A stretch of 64,000 nucleotides of DNA, taken from a phage. The position numbers and the translations under genes are program-made. The stretch lies in NCBI GenBank assembly GCA_024449565.1, contig GCA_024449565.1_4810.1. One strand, 5' to 3'. The notes under the pieces are model-generated. The model was not told the origin of the DNA. It saw only the letters and a program-made list of their open reading frames with translations, and ran no database searches. This document shows, one piece after another, positions 62,368-64,000 of this stretch. How positions within the stretch are numbered: the stretch's first letter is position 1; every line of letters begins with the position of its first letter.

Positions 62368-63767
62368 GCTTCAAATGCTTCGTCAGTTGCTGCAGAATCC
62401 GCAGCGGCCTTTTGTTTTGCGACTACACGCTGTTTTTGACCGTGTTCAACGCCACGCAGATAATTATCCACCACGTCAAACTCAGCACCATCAACGCACT
62501 TCAAGCCTAACTTTTTAGCGCCATATTTCGCTACGGACTTGGAGTCCATAGTTGCATGATCAAAGGCACCAACAACTTTAGACAGGCGCTGGTAGAGGCT
62601 ATTCTTACGAGCAGAATCAGCGTAGAAAGCAGCAACTGCTGAATCAGATGCCATTGAGTGTTCCCCTTTTGCTGGACCTGGCGACGCTTTCGCCGCTTTT
62701 GTCGGTTTGTCATCTTTTTCGACCGAAGCCCCCTTTACGTTGCTGTTTTGCAGGCCGCTAACCACATCTTCAGCTTTGTCGCAAGGTGATACATCTTCAG
62801 CCTTGACTTCAACTTCTTCGTCTTTGACTTCGGCTTCAACTTCTTCTTCATCACCTACCGCGCCACCTTTCAGTTTTGCAATAAGTGCTTCGATTTGGCT
62901 GATCAATTGCGGAAGTTCGCCGCCAGCGTTAGATTCAGTTTCAACTTCAAACTTCTCTTCACCTTCTGGGGTTTCTTCTGCTTCTGCCTTGACTTCTGGA
63001 TCAACCATTACTTCTTCACGATTTTCGGTTGAGTCCTTCTCTTCTGCTTTCACTTCAACTTCGTCCTGATGAGCAGCTTCAGTACTCTCTTCATTCAGAA
63101 ATTGTTCGAGCGCAGGGATCAGTGATTTCAGCTGTTCAACAGCATTATCACGCGCTTTACCTTTTAACGGTTTTAGCATGTCTAAATCCTCGTTGGATGG
63201 TGTTACAGTCGTCAAACAAAGATGGTCAAAGCAACGACCATCCAGCACCCGTGCACCTGGTACTCGACCAACGTCCACGAGAGCAATGTGGTTGCCGCGA
63301 AGAGTTGTCTGCACCACTTCATACGGCTGCCCGTCAAACTCTCCAGACTGTATGATGAATTCACAGTCATATCCCAAAGACAAGTCAACCTTTCCAGAAT
63401 CAATGGCCTTCTTCAGACGACGGCTAAACACTTTAAGGTCGCCGCGCATCCATGGCTTGTCATAATAAACATTGCCAGTCAGAACGCCATCAACTCCATA
63501 CTCTTCGGGTGCTGTGTTATCCTCATCACCTTCGAATCCAGAAAGCATTTCGTGATTGTCGATGAAAGGGATATTTTTGAATGAATCTATCGCTTCGGGG
63601 TCTTTCACCGCTGACTCTGGGCGATAAACTTTTACGATGCGATTCGGATCACCATCAAGTCCAACCTGACCTGCAGAATAATCAAAAATGCCAAATGACG
63701 AAATGGGACAACCCACAATCATCAAGAATCCATTTTTGTCAATTTCGCGTGCCGTTTGCATTCGCAT
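62349..63767 (-). CDS. putative prohead scaffold/protease fusion protein
   Basis: 472 aa; N-terminal globular domain, highly acidic Glu/Val/Lys-rich middle typical of scaffolds, C-terminal domain; first gene of structural operon in the window. Confidence 0.45.
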   Translation of the reverse strand: MRMQTAREIDKNGFLMIVGCPISSFGIFDYSAGQVGLDGDPNRIVKVYRPESAVKDPEAIDSFKNIPFIDNHEMLSGFEGDEDNTAPEEYGVDGVLTGNVYYDKPWMRGDLKVFSRRLKKAIDSGKVDLSLGYDCEFIIQSGEFDGQPYEVVQTTLRGNHIALVDVGRVPGARVLDGRCFDHLCLTTVTPSNEDLDMLKPLKGKARDNAVEQLKSLIPALEQFLNEESTEAAHQDEVEVKAEEKDSTENREEVMVDPEVKAEAEETPEGEEKFEVETESNAGGELPQLISQIEALIAKLKGGAVGDEEEVEAEVKDEEVEVKAEDVSPCDKAEDVVSGLQNSNVKGASVEKDDKPTKAAKASPGPAKGEHSMASDSAVAAFYADSARKNSLYQRLSKVVGAFDHATMDSKSVAKYGAKKLGLKCVDGAEFDVVDNYLRGVEHGQKQRVVAKQKAAADSAATDEAFEAWLKGE

Positions 63768-64000
63768 CCACCCTCAAATAAGTATTGTGTATTATATCTA
63801 ATGAAAAAAACTTAGGCAAACAATAATTATGGTTTGAATATGTATAACAACCGATATAGCCGCGCCTTAATTAGTGTGATACGGATGATACGGATAAAAT
63901 GAGGCGTATTTTTATCCGTATCGGTGTATAAGCCGCGCTATCACTGGTGTGCTACGGATGATACGGATGATACGGATACTTTTCATATATAAGAGTTTAT
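63768..64000. promoter_or_regulatory. upstream region of the structural operon with TACGGATGATACGGA iteron-like repeats
   Basis: Repeats at about 63878-63896 and 63954-63980 are reverse complements of the CGTATCATCCGTA repeats at 10841-11040; AT-rich. Confidence 0.45.

Noticed and set aside
42868-63767. Many antisense ORFs inside the structural genes (for example 43315-43824, 44838-45098, 50292-50831, 60758-61501, 62707-63069)
   Set aside because: They are embedded in longer, well-packed minus-strand structural genes and have no RBS or operon context.
1-64000. Lysogeny module (integrase, repressor, attP) or transposase-borne mobile element
   Set aside because: No protein with integrase or recombinase motifs was recognised; architecture is consistent with a virulent phage. 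The CpG-rich island has no recombinase or terminal inverted repeats that I could find.

Overview
This 64 kb window is a slice of a tailed, double-stranded DNA bacteriophage genome (probably contractile-tailed), almost entirely coding and organised in four strand-switching blocks. (1) 1-10 kb: a minus-strand large terminase gene, then plus-strand small genes including a displaced tail-fibre-like gene, then a ~3 kb CpG-rich island (7.1-10.1 kb) with its own terminators, repeats and three paralogous small acidic proteins. (2) 10.1-24.1 kb, minus strand: about 30 tightly packed small early-type genes plus a P-loop primase/helicase and a primase-like gene. (3) 24.3-42.2 kb, plus strand: DNA replication and nucleotide-metabolism genes (Dda-like helicase, DnaQ-like exonuclease, DnaE-like polymerase, SNF2 helicase, ligase, MazG-like), a ThyX-like/HAD/SDR/VOC/FAD enzyme cluster and an embedded spanin pair. 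(4) 42.2-63.8 kb, minus strand: GH19 endolysin, tail fibres, baseplate, tape measure with a lytic transglycosylase domain, putative tube and sheath, major capsid and scaffold/protease candidates. No tRNA, rRNA, CRISPR array, integrase or portal gene was recognised. All calls come from reading the sequence and the ORF track by eye; no database search was run, so product names rest on motifs and gene order, and coordinates of hand-located motifs may be off by a few bases. The most unusual regions are the CpG-rich island with its 11-mer motif cluster, the iteron-bearing non-coding regions, and the enzyme cluster around a divergent ThyX-like gene.
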